Origin: Candidatus Dojkabacteria bacterium
GTDB lineage: Bacteria; Patescibacteriota; Dojkabacteria; B142; WJKM01
Direction: 5' to 3'
Assembly (NCBI GenBank): GCA_014729085.1
Contig: WJKM01000011.1
Coordinates: 46,264-110,263 of the forward strand
DNA: 64,000 nt
The notes under the pieces were generated by a model. That model made no database searches, was not told where the DNA came from, and saw only the letters and a program-made list of their open reading frames with translations. The position numbers and the translations under genes were made by a program. Position 1 is the stretch's first letter, and each line of letters opens with the position of its first letter. This document shows, one piece after another, positions 9,501 through 18,757 of the stretch.

Positions 9501-12500
9501 TAACTGAAATTGGTAATTCAGATATTAGAGCCCCCATATTCTCCTCTACTAAATCAGATACAATTGAGTATCCGCATGCTGTATTGGCTAGATTGCGGAT
9601 AACATCAAATTGAAGACTTTCAATTTGCCCAATTAGATCTCCATTTTCTGACAAAACTCTAACTTCCCATTCTGCTGGACCTTCTGGATAATCATCTTCA
9701 TGAGTTAAAAGAAAGGAAGCAGTATTATCAATTATTTCAAAGATACCGCGCCCCAAAATTCCATCTTCCAACTCGATCCAATTGCTAAAATCTCCGCCTG
9801 CCAATCTTAATCTCCCCTGTAATCTGAATCCATTCTGCCAATTCTCGACTTCTACATGAAGCCCATCATTATCTACAGCATCTCCAACACCACAGGCAGT
9901 ACCTGGAACAATGGGTGTAAGATATGAATTATTTATGTTTATTACCACTTCTTCTGTAACCGGAGGATTCTCAGGATCGAAATTACTATCTAAAACAAAT
10001 ACTTTATGGAAACTCGGGTAAGATTTATTATGTTCTTTATCCATTACCTGATGACCAATCCGATAAACTCCATCTGTAAAATATCTCTCTACTCTATCGT
10101 GCTCCACACACCTACTAAAAGAAGTACCCCAAAAAGCAGGATTATTATACTGAAGCGCTCTTCTATTAGTTCTCTCATTAATTGTATTGTAACTTGAGCT
10201 ACTTGTAAAAATTGGAGCACAGAGAATTCTCTTACGTACTGGTTCGGGTTGTCCATCTATTGGTAAGCTATTCAATTCTTCAATATAAAACACCGCCTGT
10301 TCCGGCCCTGATGGATAGGGTTGAGGATCAACATATTTTGCGTGAAAATATAATTCCCAGATATTATTTGTATAAACAATTCCATTAATCTCCATTCCTC
10401 CAGAATAGCTTACGTTTTCCACAAGCGGATCTAAAGTATCAGAGCCTATACCATACTCACCTTCATAAGCAGGTAATTCCTCACTCGAATCTGAATCGAT
10501 ATATTCATCTGGGATATTGGGGTTTGCACTGACAGAAAAATCTAATCTAAGAGTTTCTACTCCTTTCTCTGAAAACCAAGTTATTCCTTCATGCACCAGA
10601 TCTATTTCTAAACTATATTCGCCTGGCTGTGTAGGAGGAACTACTTCTAAAGCCAAACCCTGCTCTACCGAATTAAAGTATAAAAATTTAGAAAAATTTG
10701 TTCTTTTACCATCCCACTCATAAAGGCTTTCTTCTGTACAGACTTCACTATCGAGTTCACATTTCTTATACCAATGATAAGATGCTCTCACGGGATTTTC
10801 TCCCGCGTTTTGCCATGTAAGGCTTCCAGTGTTTTCGATATCTACAGGTATTATAAAAGACTCGTAAGCTAGAATTTCATTATTAACCTGTTCTCTTAAA
10901 TTATAGTCAGCTGAATATTTCTGAGCCAAAAGTATTTCATCAAAGTAAATACCACTTGCATTTCCATTTTTATAAAACTGAATATTGACTCTCTTAATTC
11001 CTTTTGTAGAATCTAATTTCCAATATACTAGACTTTGGAAAGGTTTCCTTTCTATTTCGTCAGGATTTTCATTTGAATTCCAAATTTTCATCTCTGTTGG
11101 GCTTCCAAAAGCTGAAATGTCTAATGCAACTACTTGACTATTTGTAAAGACATCATCATTGTTTATGATAATATCCCCACCAAACAAAGCTTCATCAGGG
11201 GACGAACTTCTTTTTGTTGTATTGTCAAGAATTATTGAATCGCTCTTAACTTCAGATACATTGCCGGCTTTATCTCGATATTTAACAAAGACGAAGGAAT
11301 GACCGGTCTCTGAAGCTAGATTATAATTAATTTCGCAGCTTAAATAAGTTGGGTCATCTCCTTGGCATGTCTCCCAATCACTCCAATTGTTTTGATCAGA
11401 ACTTAGGGAGTAGGATATAAAACCTGATCCAGGTACACAGTTTACTCCCTCCTGATTACACAAATCTGGGTCTTCAGCTGTAAGCGCCAAATTAACACTA
11501 GTAGAATTTGTTTTATATGAATCGTTGTTAATTTTTATACTTCCATTAGGAGACCTGGCATCTAAAATAATATTGTCACAAGATTCATCTGAAATATTTT
11601 CAGCCGAATCCTTAATTTGAATACAAATATTTTTCTCTCCATTTACTAAAGGATCTTTGAGGGAATCTATAACTCCCTTGGAAAAAGGTATCCAAGAACT
11701 ATATTCCTCAGCTTCACAAGTATCATTACAGTACTTAAACCTCATATATTTTGCTTCCAGCTCTGAATCTACCGCTATAGAAAGTGCCACTGTACTTTCA
11801 GAAGTATATTCTTCATTATTATTTATTATAATTGAAACTTGAGGTACTAAATGCTTCAATACTATCTCATCTGAAAAAACTTCAGAAACATTACCTGCCC
11901 TATCTTGAGTTTGCATAAATACTTTCAAAACCTCTCCGTCTATTCCATTATCCCAACTTAATATATCAGAAAAAACTTCTCCTTCTTCATATACTTGCCA
12001 ACCTGAAAATGCACTATTATCAAATGAAAATCGAATCTTTTCGACTCCGGATACTTGATTTTTATTAAATTCAAAACCTGGAATCGTAACAGGAGATAAA
12101 CTATCTGTACTTATAAATGAAATATAATTTTTTAATTTCCCTGTATATTCAGGATTTGATAAATCATACTCAAAATGCCCAATCAAAATATCTCGAAAGT
12201 CAATACTTTTTGAAAACTGCGTGGAATCGGGAGGTGTTATATCATAAACAAAACTCTCAGATGCTATGGAAACATTGCCTTTTTCATCAGTTATCTCGAT
12301 ATATTTGGAATGTCTACCTTCTGCCTGTAACAATGGTTTATGTTCAAGTATTGGAATTGTAAGTTCAGATCCATCCCATTTATTGCATACTACAGAATTA
12401 TTTTGCGAATCCATTCCCATTATTCGAGGGCAATTAGTATTAGGAAGAAAATCAAATGTAAACCAATTAAACCCATCATTTGAAAATCTTGCTCCTTTTA

Positions 12501-13485
12501 TTTCGTACGTGTTCTTAGTTGCTGAATATACGGCATTCAAATTGTTCAAATTGCTAGTGAATTCAATTCCACTCTCTTGATCGCTCTTAAAAAGGATATT
12601 ACCTGACGCCGGTATTGGCAATTCATTATTAGACTCGTCCACATATTCAATTATTTCATTGCCAAGTTCTGTACCTGTCCAATCCTTTTTGGGATCTAGA
12701 AGTTCTGAGATTTGAGGTGCTTCCCCAGACGCTCCATTAAATTTGAAAATTATATCGTTGTAATCTTTGTCACTTCTATGTCCTTCATCCATTCTCTGGT
12801 CCTCGATTGCGAAACCTTTTCCTCCTCCCGTTATATCTCCTATCTGGCCGTAGTAAAAGATATCCTCAGGATTTGAAGTTGCCATTGAGAAAAGGGGTCT
12901 TTTTTTACCACCAATATCAGGATTTTCATAAACTTCTTGAACTGTTCCATCGGGTACAAGCATAACTCCAAATTCTTCATACGGCTGCATCCAAAAGCTC
13001 TTAAATCCCATATAGGGCCCTGAATTGTGATTACCATCACCATTTAGCGGTCCATCAAACCTAGCTCCCTCCTGTATATCCGAAATAATTACAAAACCTT
13101 CCGATTCAGACAGAGCTCTTTTTGCTGCCTCCTCAATGAATTCTTCGGGATTGCTTAATGATCTCATCCCATTTAAAGAAAAAATAGCAAGTTCTCCTTT
13201 ATATCCACCGCCATCAAAAACGAAATCAGTTAAGATTTTTCCTGTTTTTCCTGTTGTAAATACACCTGAAGTAAATTCTAAATTCTCAGTTAAAGTTAAA
13301 TTTTCCTCCTCAAATATCTCTCCTGAACTAACTAATAATCTACCAGAAGCAGATACTTGTTCATCTGAATTTAAATCTTCTCCCGACTGTGCATAAGATA
13401 TTGAATTTAAAATAAACAATGGTTGTAAAAAGAAATACAGGCACATTAATAAACAAAATATACGCTTAAAATTTACTTTTCTCAT
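6520..13485 (-). CDS. Giant secreted multidomain peptidoglycan hydrolase: signal peptide, DUF4114, Ig-like repeats, 2 SH3-like, M23, 3 SLH, M23
   Basis: Signal peptide ending SYA; FAIED..DKDYNDIIF (DUF4114); repeated IxINN...T.S..V.L; ENTGSLTW..YHW Ig; WY.I....G..GW SH3; HYADD..YWHL..GNTG..HLHLE and SHG..AID..YLHL..NTG..HLHYE; IIxGYSDGxFxP...TRGQ SLH. Confidence 0.85.
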   Translation of the reverse strand: MRKVNFKRIFCLLMCLYFFLQPLFILNSISYAQSGEDLNSDEQVSASGRLLVSSGEIFEEENLTLTENLEFTSGVFTTGKTGKILTDFVFDGGGYKGELAIFSLNGMRSLSNPEEFIEEAAKRALSESEGFVIISDIQEGARFDGPLNGDGNHNSGPYMGFKSFWMQPYEEFGVMLVPDGTVQEVYENPDIGGKKRPLFSMATSNPEDIFYYGQIGDITGGGKGFAIEDQRMDEGHRSDKDYNDIIFKFNGASGEAPQISELLDPKKDWTGTELGNEIIEYVDESNNELPIPASGNILFKSDQESGIEFTSNLNNLNAVYSATKNTYEIKGARFSNDGFNWFTFDFLPNTNCPRIMGMDSQNNSVVCNKWDGSELTIPILEHKPLLQAEGRHSKYIEITDEKGNVSIASESFVYDITPPDSTQFSKSIDFRDILIGHFEYDLSNPEYTGKLKNYISFISTDSLSPVTIPGFEFNKNQVSGVEKIRFSFDNSAFSGWQVYEEGEVFSDILSWDNGIDGEVLKVFMQTQDRAGNVSEVFSDEIVLKHLVPQVSIIINNNEEYTSESTVALSIAVDSELEAKYMRFKYCNDTCEAEEYSSWIPFSKGVIDSLKDPLVNGEKNICIQIKDSAENISDESCDNIILDARSPNGSIKINNDSYKTNSTSVNLALTAEDPDLCNQEGVNCVPGSGFISYSLSSDQNNWSDWETCQGDDPTYLSCEINYNLASETGHSFVFVKYRDKAGNVSEVKSDSIILDNTTKRSSSPDEALFGGDIIINNDDVFTNSQVVALDISAFGSPTEMKIWNSNENPDEIERKPFQSLVYWKLDSTKGIKRVNIQFYKNGNASGIYFDEILLAQKYSADYNLREQVNNEILAYESFIIPVDIENTGSLTWQNAGENPVRASYHWYKKCELDSEVCTEESLYEWDGKRTNFSKFLYFNSVEQGLALEVVPPTQPGEYSLEIDLVHEGITWFSEKGVETLRLDFSVSANPNIPDEYIDSDSSEELPAYEGEYGIGSDTLDPLVENVSYSGGMEINGIVYTNNIWELYFHAKYVDPQPYPSGPEQAVFYIEELNSLPIDGQPEPVRKRILCAPIFTSSSSYNTINERTNRRALQYNNPAFWGTSFSRCVEHDRVERYFTDGVYRIGHQVMDKEHNKSYPSFHKVFVLDSNFDPENPPVTEEVVININNSYLTPIVPGTACGVGDAVDNDGLHVEVENWQNGFRLQGRLRLAGGDFSNWIELEDGILGRGIFEIIDNTASFLLTHEDDYPEGPAEWEVRVLSENGDLIGQIESLQFDVIRNLANTACGYSIVSDLVEENMGALISELPISVRMGPSFEFSEITRIGFGEIFEILQKTPEKTDPWYYIRLSDGTRGWIPGVFVDKNPDYNIPVQSPEEPLYQNAKVCNLDHEIPLKMASDWNSRDMYTGFSVSNTKLINNGDKILIIKELDDWYKVIASDDLTIGFIHKAYVCRLGSLDLEEIAQLDFEMPFGDASELTFPFAPRQEDFHYADDFGIPCNTPVKAVYGGTVKETGTEGIVMGNDSTSQTPANYVILSHSLFDSSGETLESHYWHLNEVWVNEGDQVAKGQLIGLSGNTGYVRGNPDHNLDKQGCHLHLEIHETQDDFARNPLHVLGENIAQERIDELKSKYLKDLNDKEIVNNLEYGTGSEVAVSDTLEVEVGVEFDKNGQLKLQYFYGKPSPPIITEVQVNPKKDTAWIYGVSTYKQAQFNLKVTYFDQTVREFRFYQQLDHVGIQLYKNRIGRDLELNNAFTWAEKDGNWAKKLVLGDELNVGDTIYARTKVWDSINNLAEGDELFRNFIYNIRYAEENEYMVSGKSNKEKILTLEDREIERKIEQAEAESAEECQPRKGMLDVCGNKYWEHIEELIERNIIHGYSDGNFYPKRLVTRGQTAKFIVNAFNLKIDTEGKRFPDVPEDHVFFEHIYTLRNKKIIQGYSDGTFKPDEYITKGQLAKILIEATNLYSCKNNSPLFQDVPRNYMFYKYIQSLGNYGVKEEGSMFYPDQQVQRDLMAFYVNMTRREFEDWTFEDDVEQGCISTESPVSFDVFESVLKETYINKFEQKTKNWTEERKLSELTKWINSPEEYQLNFNLFQDWLCNATGGCLSHGRKAAIDISMQNNTPLVSTINGTAYFRGKDSQGAYYVDVMNEKYQIRYLHLDPNTSNLYKQSKYKEVQKGELIAYSDNTGNTEGSHLHYEIFIKIPEIQQYKSTFSKKCLYVGAPDCEEYKGDIEELSKFLSSKENSEDYKKWEDDVRLQKFAYDVFKPLFEKGGYYSRYDLGVSAYYFKDWSDRVFTSAMAEISSRI

Positions 13486-13835
13486 ATCTTTTAAAAATCA
13501 GTTTAGATAATCAGGAATAATTATCCTCCTTAAAATACGCAGAATATAACCCTCGTTGCATTCGTAATTAGTTGTCCCATCCGGTAGAACAGAACGCCAG
13601 CTTGTACGGGAAAGTGCAAATTTTCAATTTCTTTTACAACGAACCTCTATTTGTACTTTATATGATTTAATAAAAACAAATTAACTATAGTTATAAATAT
13701 CCAATACGGATTTTATTCAAAATCAAAAATTCGAAGAAAATAATTATTCCTAATAATTTGTAACATTAGAAAAAAATTGATGCATTGTGATGCAATACAA
13801 AATTTGAAAGAAAATCTGTTTTTTAAAAGAATTGA

Positions 13836-14357
13836 CTATTTGTCCTGCTTAGGAGCAGGATTTGAGGCTTGTGTCTCAGAAATCGTTAGTACTTTTAGTA
13901 AACCACCAATAGCACCAAATACTGAATACAATAATACATGAACAGTTGTTCCACACACACTTCCAAAAACAAAAGCTGTAAAATCTCTAGCTCCCATTAC
14001 GGTATCTGATGTAATTTCTCCGAAGTTCATATTTTGAGTCCAGTTTATCCCGCTTGTCATCCCAAACCCAAGCACGATGAATAGCCCTGTTATTAAGATA
14101 CTAACAACTGATCCTATTAAGCCTGCAATAACACTTCCTAAAACGCCTTGTTTTGCTCCCTCAAGATAATCTTCTCTTTTAATATGTGCCAAATGTGCTG
14201 AAAAATATCCTACTCCCATTGGCAATGCAAAGAAAGCAATACATTGAACTGGCAAAGCAAGACAATTTATTATAGGAATCATACCAATAATACTTAAACT
14301 AACGGCTATCCCGCCTCCAATTAACCCAGCCTTAAGATAAGGTTTGGTTGTATCCAT
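13836..14357 (-). CDS. Hypothetical 4-TM membrane protein
   Basis: Gly-rich hydrophobic helices, 173 aa. Confidence 0.7.
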   Translation of the reverse strand: MDTTKPYLKAGLIGGGIAVSLSIIGMIPIINCLALPVQCIAFFALPMGVGYFSAHLAHIKREDYLEGAKQGVLGSVIAGLIGSVVSILITGLFIVLGFGMTSGINWTQNMNFGEITSDTVMGARDFTAFVFGSVCGTTVHVLLYSVFGAIGGLLKVLTISETQASNPAPKQDK

Positions 14358-14482
14358 ATTATGATTTTAAAAATTAAAGAATTTTAAATATTTTAATATA
14401 ATTACTTACTAAATAATAAACTATTTTAAAAAATCGTGTGTACAAAAAGATAAGAAGAATTTGCCTTAAAAATTGAAACCTG

Positions 14483-14491
14483 TGATATAAT
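14483..14491 (+). promoter_or_regulatory. Extended -10 promoter (TGnTATAAT) for the RRM gene
   Basis: TGATATAAT about 115 nt upstream of the first ATG. Confidence 0.55.
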
Positions 14492-14606
14492 ATCATGGCT
14501 ACACCAGAGCTCCAAGCATCAGGCACGCTTTCCTAATACTTGCAGTTATCGGTCGGATATTTCCATTTAAGTAGCGGTATTTAATTTGTCACATTTTTAT
14601 ATTTTC

Positions 14607-14891
14607 ATGAATGACATGAATGAAAACAACGACCAAAATAGTAAACTATTTGTCGGCGGGCTTTCTTGGGATACTACTGAAGAAGGTCTAAGAACTTTCT
14701 TCGAGCAAGTTGGAGAAGTTAAAGAGGTAAAAATCATTGTCCATAGAGACACAGGCAAATCACGAGGATTTGGATTTGTTACTATGGCAACAGAAGAAGA
14801 GGCACAAAAAGCCATTGAAGAACTAAACGAACAAGAACTTGACGGCAGAACACTTAAGGTTGCTGAAGCAAGACCTCGAGAAGAAAGATAG
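14607..14891 (+). CDS. RRM (RNP-1) RNA-binding protein
   Basis: RNP2 LFVGGL and RNP1 RGFGFVTM; ATG at 14607 or 14616 is more likely than the TTG at 14586. Confidence 0.93.
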   Translation: MNDMNENNDQNSKLFVGGLSWDTTEEGLRTFFEQVGEVKEVKIIVHRDTGKSRGFGFVTMATEEEAQKAIEELNEQELDGRTLKVAEARPREER

Positions 14892-14916
14892 GATATATAC
14901 TTTCTTAATATTAAAC

Positions 14917-14962
14917 AGACTGTAAATTTATTGTTTACTCAATATATTTACAGTCTTTTTTT
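14917..14962 (+). terminator. Intrinsic terminator after the RRM gene
   Basis: AGACTGTAAAT...ATTTACAGTCT stem followed by a T-run. Confidence 0.75.
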
Positions 14963-15031
14963 ATGATTTTCTTTTCATATTATACTTTCTGCTTTAAAAT
15001 AAAATTGACGTAATTTATTAAAAAATTAACA

Positions 15032-15628
15032 ATGACACAAAAAAAATCCGGTCAATCCTTTGTAATTATTCTTTTAATCATAGTAATCCTGCTACTGCTT
15101 TGTATATGCTGTTCAATTTTTTTCTTTATATTCTTTGGCTCATCTGACAGACTACCAGACGAGTTGCAAAATGAATTTGACCGCCAAGATTGGAGCTGGG
15201 TAGAAGATTCTTATACTCGAACTCCTGTACCTCCAGAAGTTGAACCAACAATAGAACCTTTGAACCCACCACCTCCCCAGGTAGTAGAAACTCCGACTAA
15301 CCAAGCTGAGGATGCAATAATTGTAGATCCAGATGCTAGCAAAGATTTTACTGCTCTAGAAACTGTATACCAACATATAATGAATAATCTCCACGAACAA
15401 TACGGGGACAGTGTACAAATTGGATCACCAGTAAAAAGTTCTGGAAAAATTGAAATCACATTTACGGCTGATGGGACAAATTATACTTACTGGATAGTGG
15501 AAAAAGAAAATACTGGAAGTTATGCAGAAGTAGTTGTAGGACCTCCTAATGCTGGTGGGATTTTATATAAATTAGAGTCAACAGGCGCTGTGTGGGCTAT
15601 AACAGAAGAAATTGACGAAGGGATATAA
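15032..15628 (+). CDS. Membrane-anchored protein with Cys-containing TM and Pro-rich linker
   Basis: LLLLCICCSIFFF anchor; TPVPPEVEPTIEPLNPPPP linker. Confidence 0.7.
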   Translation: MTQKKSGQSFVIILLIIVILLLLCICCSIFFFIFFGSSDRLPDELQNEFDRQDWSWVEDSYTRTPVPPEVEPTIEPLNPPPPQVVETPTNQAEDAIIVDPDASKDFTALETVYQHIMNNLHEQYGDSVQIGSPVKSSGKIEITFTADGTNYTYWIVEKENTGSYAEVVVGPPNAGGILYKLESTGAVWAITEEIDEGI

Positions 15629-15692
15629 GAATAAAAACAAAATCTGAGTAATAATTTGGCATAAACACAATTTATCTATGGTTTGTTTTATA

Positions 15693-16826
15693 TCATTTCC
15701 TTTCATCTAAAGCCCATTTGGAACTCGCCCCTTCTCTCGTAATTAAAACTGAAGCAATATAAGAGGTAATAGGCACAATCAAGATTAATCCTATACTACC
15801 AACAACAGTCCTGACTATTTCTTCGGCAAATACTTCTTCATTAATGATATCTCCGAAAGAAACATTTCGAGCACGCAAAATCATGATAAGAGGCATACTT
15901 GCACCAGCATACGCTATAAACAATGTATTGACCATAGAAGCTATATGATCTCTTCCCATAAACATTGCCTTTTTGAATAAATCCTTTCTGGAAATCCCAG
16001 GGTTTGCTGTAAAAATTTGCTGCATAGCAGAAATTTGGTTCACCGTTACATCATCTATTAATCCAATACCTCCAATTATAATGCTCACAAAAAGAATACC
16101 CTTAGTATTTATATCCTCTTTTATATCAGTCATGAGAAAGAATGCCTCATCCTGTCCAAAGCCGGTAAGTTCAGTTAATTCAATGAAAAACAATGCTAAT
16201 ATTGAGGTAATAATTAAGCCTATAAAAGTCGATATTAATGCTGTTGTAGTCTTGGGATTGAACCCATGGGAGAGATAAACAGAAGAAATTAAAACTAGTC
16301 CAGCACCAATATACCCTGCCACAATTGGATTCCACCCCTTAAGAATCATTGGAATTGTAATTAAAAAAAGGACTAAGACACTTATCAATAAACCAACAAT
16401 TGATCCAAGACCTTGAAGACGAGCAATAGCTATTGTGATCAATACAAAAAGAATCAATAACATCAAAATTGCATTTTCCCTCACTACTCCTACTATCGAA
16501 TAGCTCTCACCTTCATAAGTCCGCATAACTTCAAGGAAAACCTCGTCACCCACATCATGATTTAAAGTCGACAAAACAAAAGGATCTGAAAAAGCTTCTA
16601 CCTCTGTCCCCTCTCTACCTCCCTCCGAGATTTCTAAGGTGTATTTATCACACATTTTTTCTGAATCATGTTCACAGGGGACTTGCTCAACTTTAATGAT
16701 TTTGGCCCTAGTTCTGGAAATCAAATCTTCGCCACTCTGTGCATAGACTTTATGATTAAAAAATATTAATACAAAAAGAATTAATATTAAAAAAAGAGCT
16801 GTCTTCTTAAATTCAAGTTTCATCAA
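15693..16826 (-). CDS. YibE/F family membrane protein
   Basis: GLIDDVTVNQIS, GRDHIASMVNTLFIAYAGASMP, EEIVRTVVGSIG. Confidence 0.9.
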   Translation of the reverse strand: MMKLEFKKTALFLILILFVLIFFNHKVYAQSGEDLISRTRAKIIKVEQVPCEHDSEKMCDKYTLEISEGGREGTEVEAFSDPFVLSTLNHDVGDEVFLEVMRTYEGESYSIVGVVRENAILMLLILFVLITIAIARLQGLGSIVGLLISVLVLFLITIPMILKGWNPIVAGYIGAGLVLISSVYLSHGFNPKTTTALISTFIGLIITSILALFFIELTELTGFGQDEAFFLMTDIKEDINTKGILFVSIIIGGIGLIDDVTVNQISAMQQIFTANPGISRKDLFKKAMFMGRDHIASMVNTLFIAYAGASMPLIMILRARNVSFGDIINEEVFAEEIVRTVVGSIGLILIVPITSYIASVLITREGASSKWALDERK

Positions 16827-17054
16827 TTTAAATAAATAAATTTAATCGTTTAATTATACATTTTTTAAATTAACAGCTTAATTTGATTTTTGTGCAGAAT
16901 AAAAAAAATCAATGTTCAAAATGCATTAAAATTTCTGATTATCCTGTAAGAAAGCAATTGTATTAATCTGCTAGTATAAATATTCATTATTACTTTAATT
17001 TATCACTTGTAGTATTTTGCATTCATTATTAGAATAAGATGCAATATTTTTGTT

Positions 17055-18065
17055 TTGAATAAAATGCATCCATTAGGAAAATTATCCAAAAAAGAAAGGA
17101 AGAAACTCCAAGATGAGTTGGTTTCCAAAGTTGAAATAGAAATTCAACTAAATCTAGAGTACATGCTTCTTTTAGTTACTGCGACAATTATTGCAACTCT
17201 CGGAATTCTTAATAATAATTCCGTTGTAGTTATCGGGGCAATGATAATTTCTCCGCTTTTTTGGCCTATTCTGGGTATAGTCTTAGCAATAATTACATCA
17301 AAGAAACGTTTGATTCGAAAGGCTTTCTTTTCTTTTATTGCCAGTTTTGTAATTACTATATTTATAAGTGCAATAGTAACCTTTGTCTTTCCAATAAAAA
17401 CTTTAACCAATGAAATATTAATTAGAACCAATCCTACTTTGATAGATATAATTATTGCTCTGGCTACAAGTGTTATTGGAGTTGCTGCAATGTACTACCC
17501 TGGAATTTCCTCCTCTTCTACTGGGGTTGCTTTGTCTATCTCATTAATTCCACCCTTGTGTGTAGTAGGCATAGGTTCAGCGCTTGGAAATTTAGAGGTG
17601 TTTTCCAATTCGCTAATACTATTTGCTGGTAATGTAGGAGCAATAATCTTTGCTGGGGTTTTAACCCTTTTCCTCCTCAAGTTTCGCCCTCATAAAAAAG
17701 AAGAGGTTAAAACTTTCAGACTTGGTCTTTTTATGTCAGGAGTTTTTCTGTTCTTTTTATCTATACCTCTAGGTTTTTATCTCTACGATACTGTTCAAGA
17801 AACTAATTTGAAAACAGATATTACTAACACACTTACAACTGAAATACATCAGATCTCTTCGGATATCGAAATTGATGATATTCGGATTCAACTTCCAACC
17901 AATCTGGAACATGAGGAAATTAAAATTACTGCTACAGTTCATGTTCCAGGAGAAATAAACATTTCCTCAAATAGACAAAATAGAATAATCCAAGCTATAC
18001 AAACACAAACAAATAATAATGTTGATTTACAGATAAATATTATTGAAACTCTAGTTATAAAATAA
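17055..18065 (+). CDS. DUF389 (TIGR00341) family membrane protein
   Basis: VVIGAMIISPL, RTNPT..D..IA, GVALSISLIPP; start may be the ATG at 17064. Confidence 0.88.
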   Translation: MNKMHPLGKLSKKERKKLQDELVSKVEIEIQLNLEYMLLLVTATIIATLGILNNNSVVVIGAMIISPLFWPILGIVLAIITSKKRLIRKAFFSFIASFVITIFISAIVTFVFPIKTLTNEILIRTNPTLIDIIIALATSVIGVAAMYYPGISSSSTGVALSISLIPPLCVVGIGSALGNLEVFSNSLILFAGNVGAIIFAGVLTLFLLKFRPHKKEEVKTFRLGLFMSGVFLFFLSIPLGFYLYDTVQETNLKTDITNTLTTEIHQISSDIEIDDIRIQLPTNLEHEEIKITATVHVPGEINISSNRQNRIIQAIQTQTNNNVDLQINIIETLVIK

Positions 18066-18159
18066 TAACCTACTCAGACCCTTTAAAACTACTGATTAGA
18101 CTAAACGTCAACGTTCTCGTTATAATTGAGTATTATATTTAATTAAAATCCTCCCAAAA

Positions 18160-18393
18160 TTGGAAACTGGATGGCTATATAATACATGCAGAGACTGCCC
18201 ACATAGCAGGGAAGCTGGACCAAGCAGCGTTCAGTGTACTCTGAATCGTAGCCCCCTCAATTGCGACCTGCTCAAACCAAGAGATCCTCGAAGTCTAATA
18301 TCACTTGGTCCAAGGCAAGAGTTAACAAAAAGATTAGAAGCAGTTGAATCAATTCTTTCTCAACTTTCTGACCAACTTGGTACCAAACACTAA
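18160..18393 (+). CDS. Small Cys-containing hypothetical protein
   Basis: 77-aa ORF filling the intergenic gap; CRDC...C...C then coiled-coil; TTG start. Confidence 0.5.
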   Translation: METGWLYNTCRDCPHSREAGPSSVQCTLNRSPLNCDLLKPRDPRSLISLGPRQELTKRLEAVESILSQLSDQLGTKH

Positions 18394-18518
18394 TTCTATT
18401 AATTTCCTCCATTACCTTCAGTGACAAGACATTACGTAATAATTATTTTTAAAATTTGTGAATCAATCAAAACCTTGTATAATATATTTGAATTTCAAAT
18501 AGATATTATTTTGCAGAT

Positions 18519-18749
18519 ATGGTTAAAAAAAATAAAAAGTCTAAAAAAAATACCAAAAAAGAAAGAGAAGAGAAAAAAAAGAAAATTTTCTTCAAAGTTC
18601 TGATTGTAATTATAATTAGCTTAATAAGCTTTCCAATTGGATTCATACTCTTTCTTATAATCCGAAAAAATGTAATAGAGTACTTCAAAAAAAGAAAAGA
18701 GAAAAAGGGAGAGAAGCAAGGAGTGAAAAAAGATAATCAGAAAAGCTAA
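18519..18749 (+). CDS. Small Lys-rich membrane protein
   Basis: Basic termini flanking a hydrophobic segment (FPIG). Confidence 0.55.
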   Translation: MVKKNKKSKKNTKKEREEKKKKIFFKVLIVIIISLISFPIGFILFLIIRKNVIEYFKKRKEKKGEKQGVKKDNQKS

Positions 18750-18757
18750 AGAAATTC

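Noticed and set aside
7755-13396. Many short plus-strand ORFs opposite the 2321-aa gene, and similar antisense ORFs over rtcB, the ABC permease and the macroglobulin
   Set aside because: Shadow ORFs with no motifs, antisense to well-supported genes.
13521-13530. AGGAGG Shine-Dalgarno on the minus strand upstream of the giant gene
   Set aside because: About 40 nt from the ATG with no suitably spaced start codon.
13551-13645. Known riboswitch (c-di-AMP/ydaO, c-di-GMP)
   Set aside because: Consensus motifs not found by eye; kept only as an unnamed structure.
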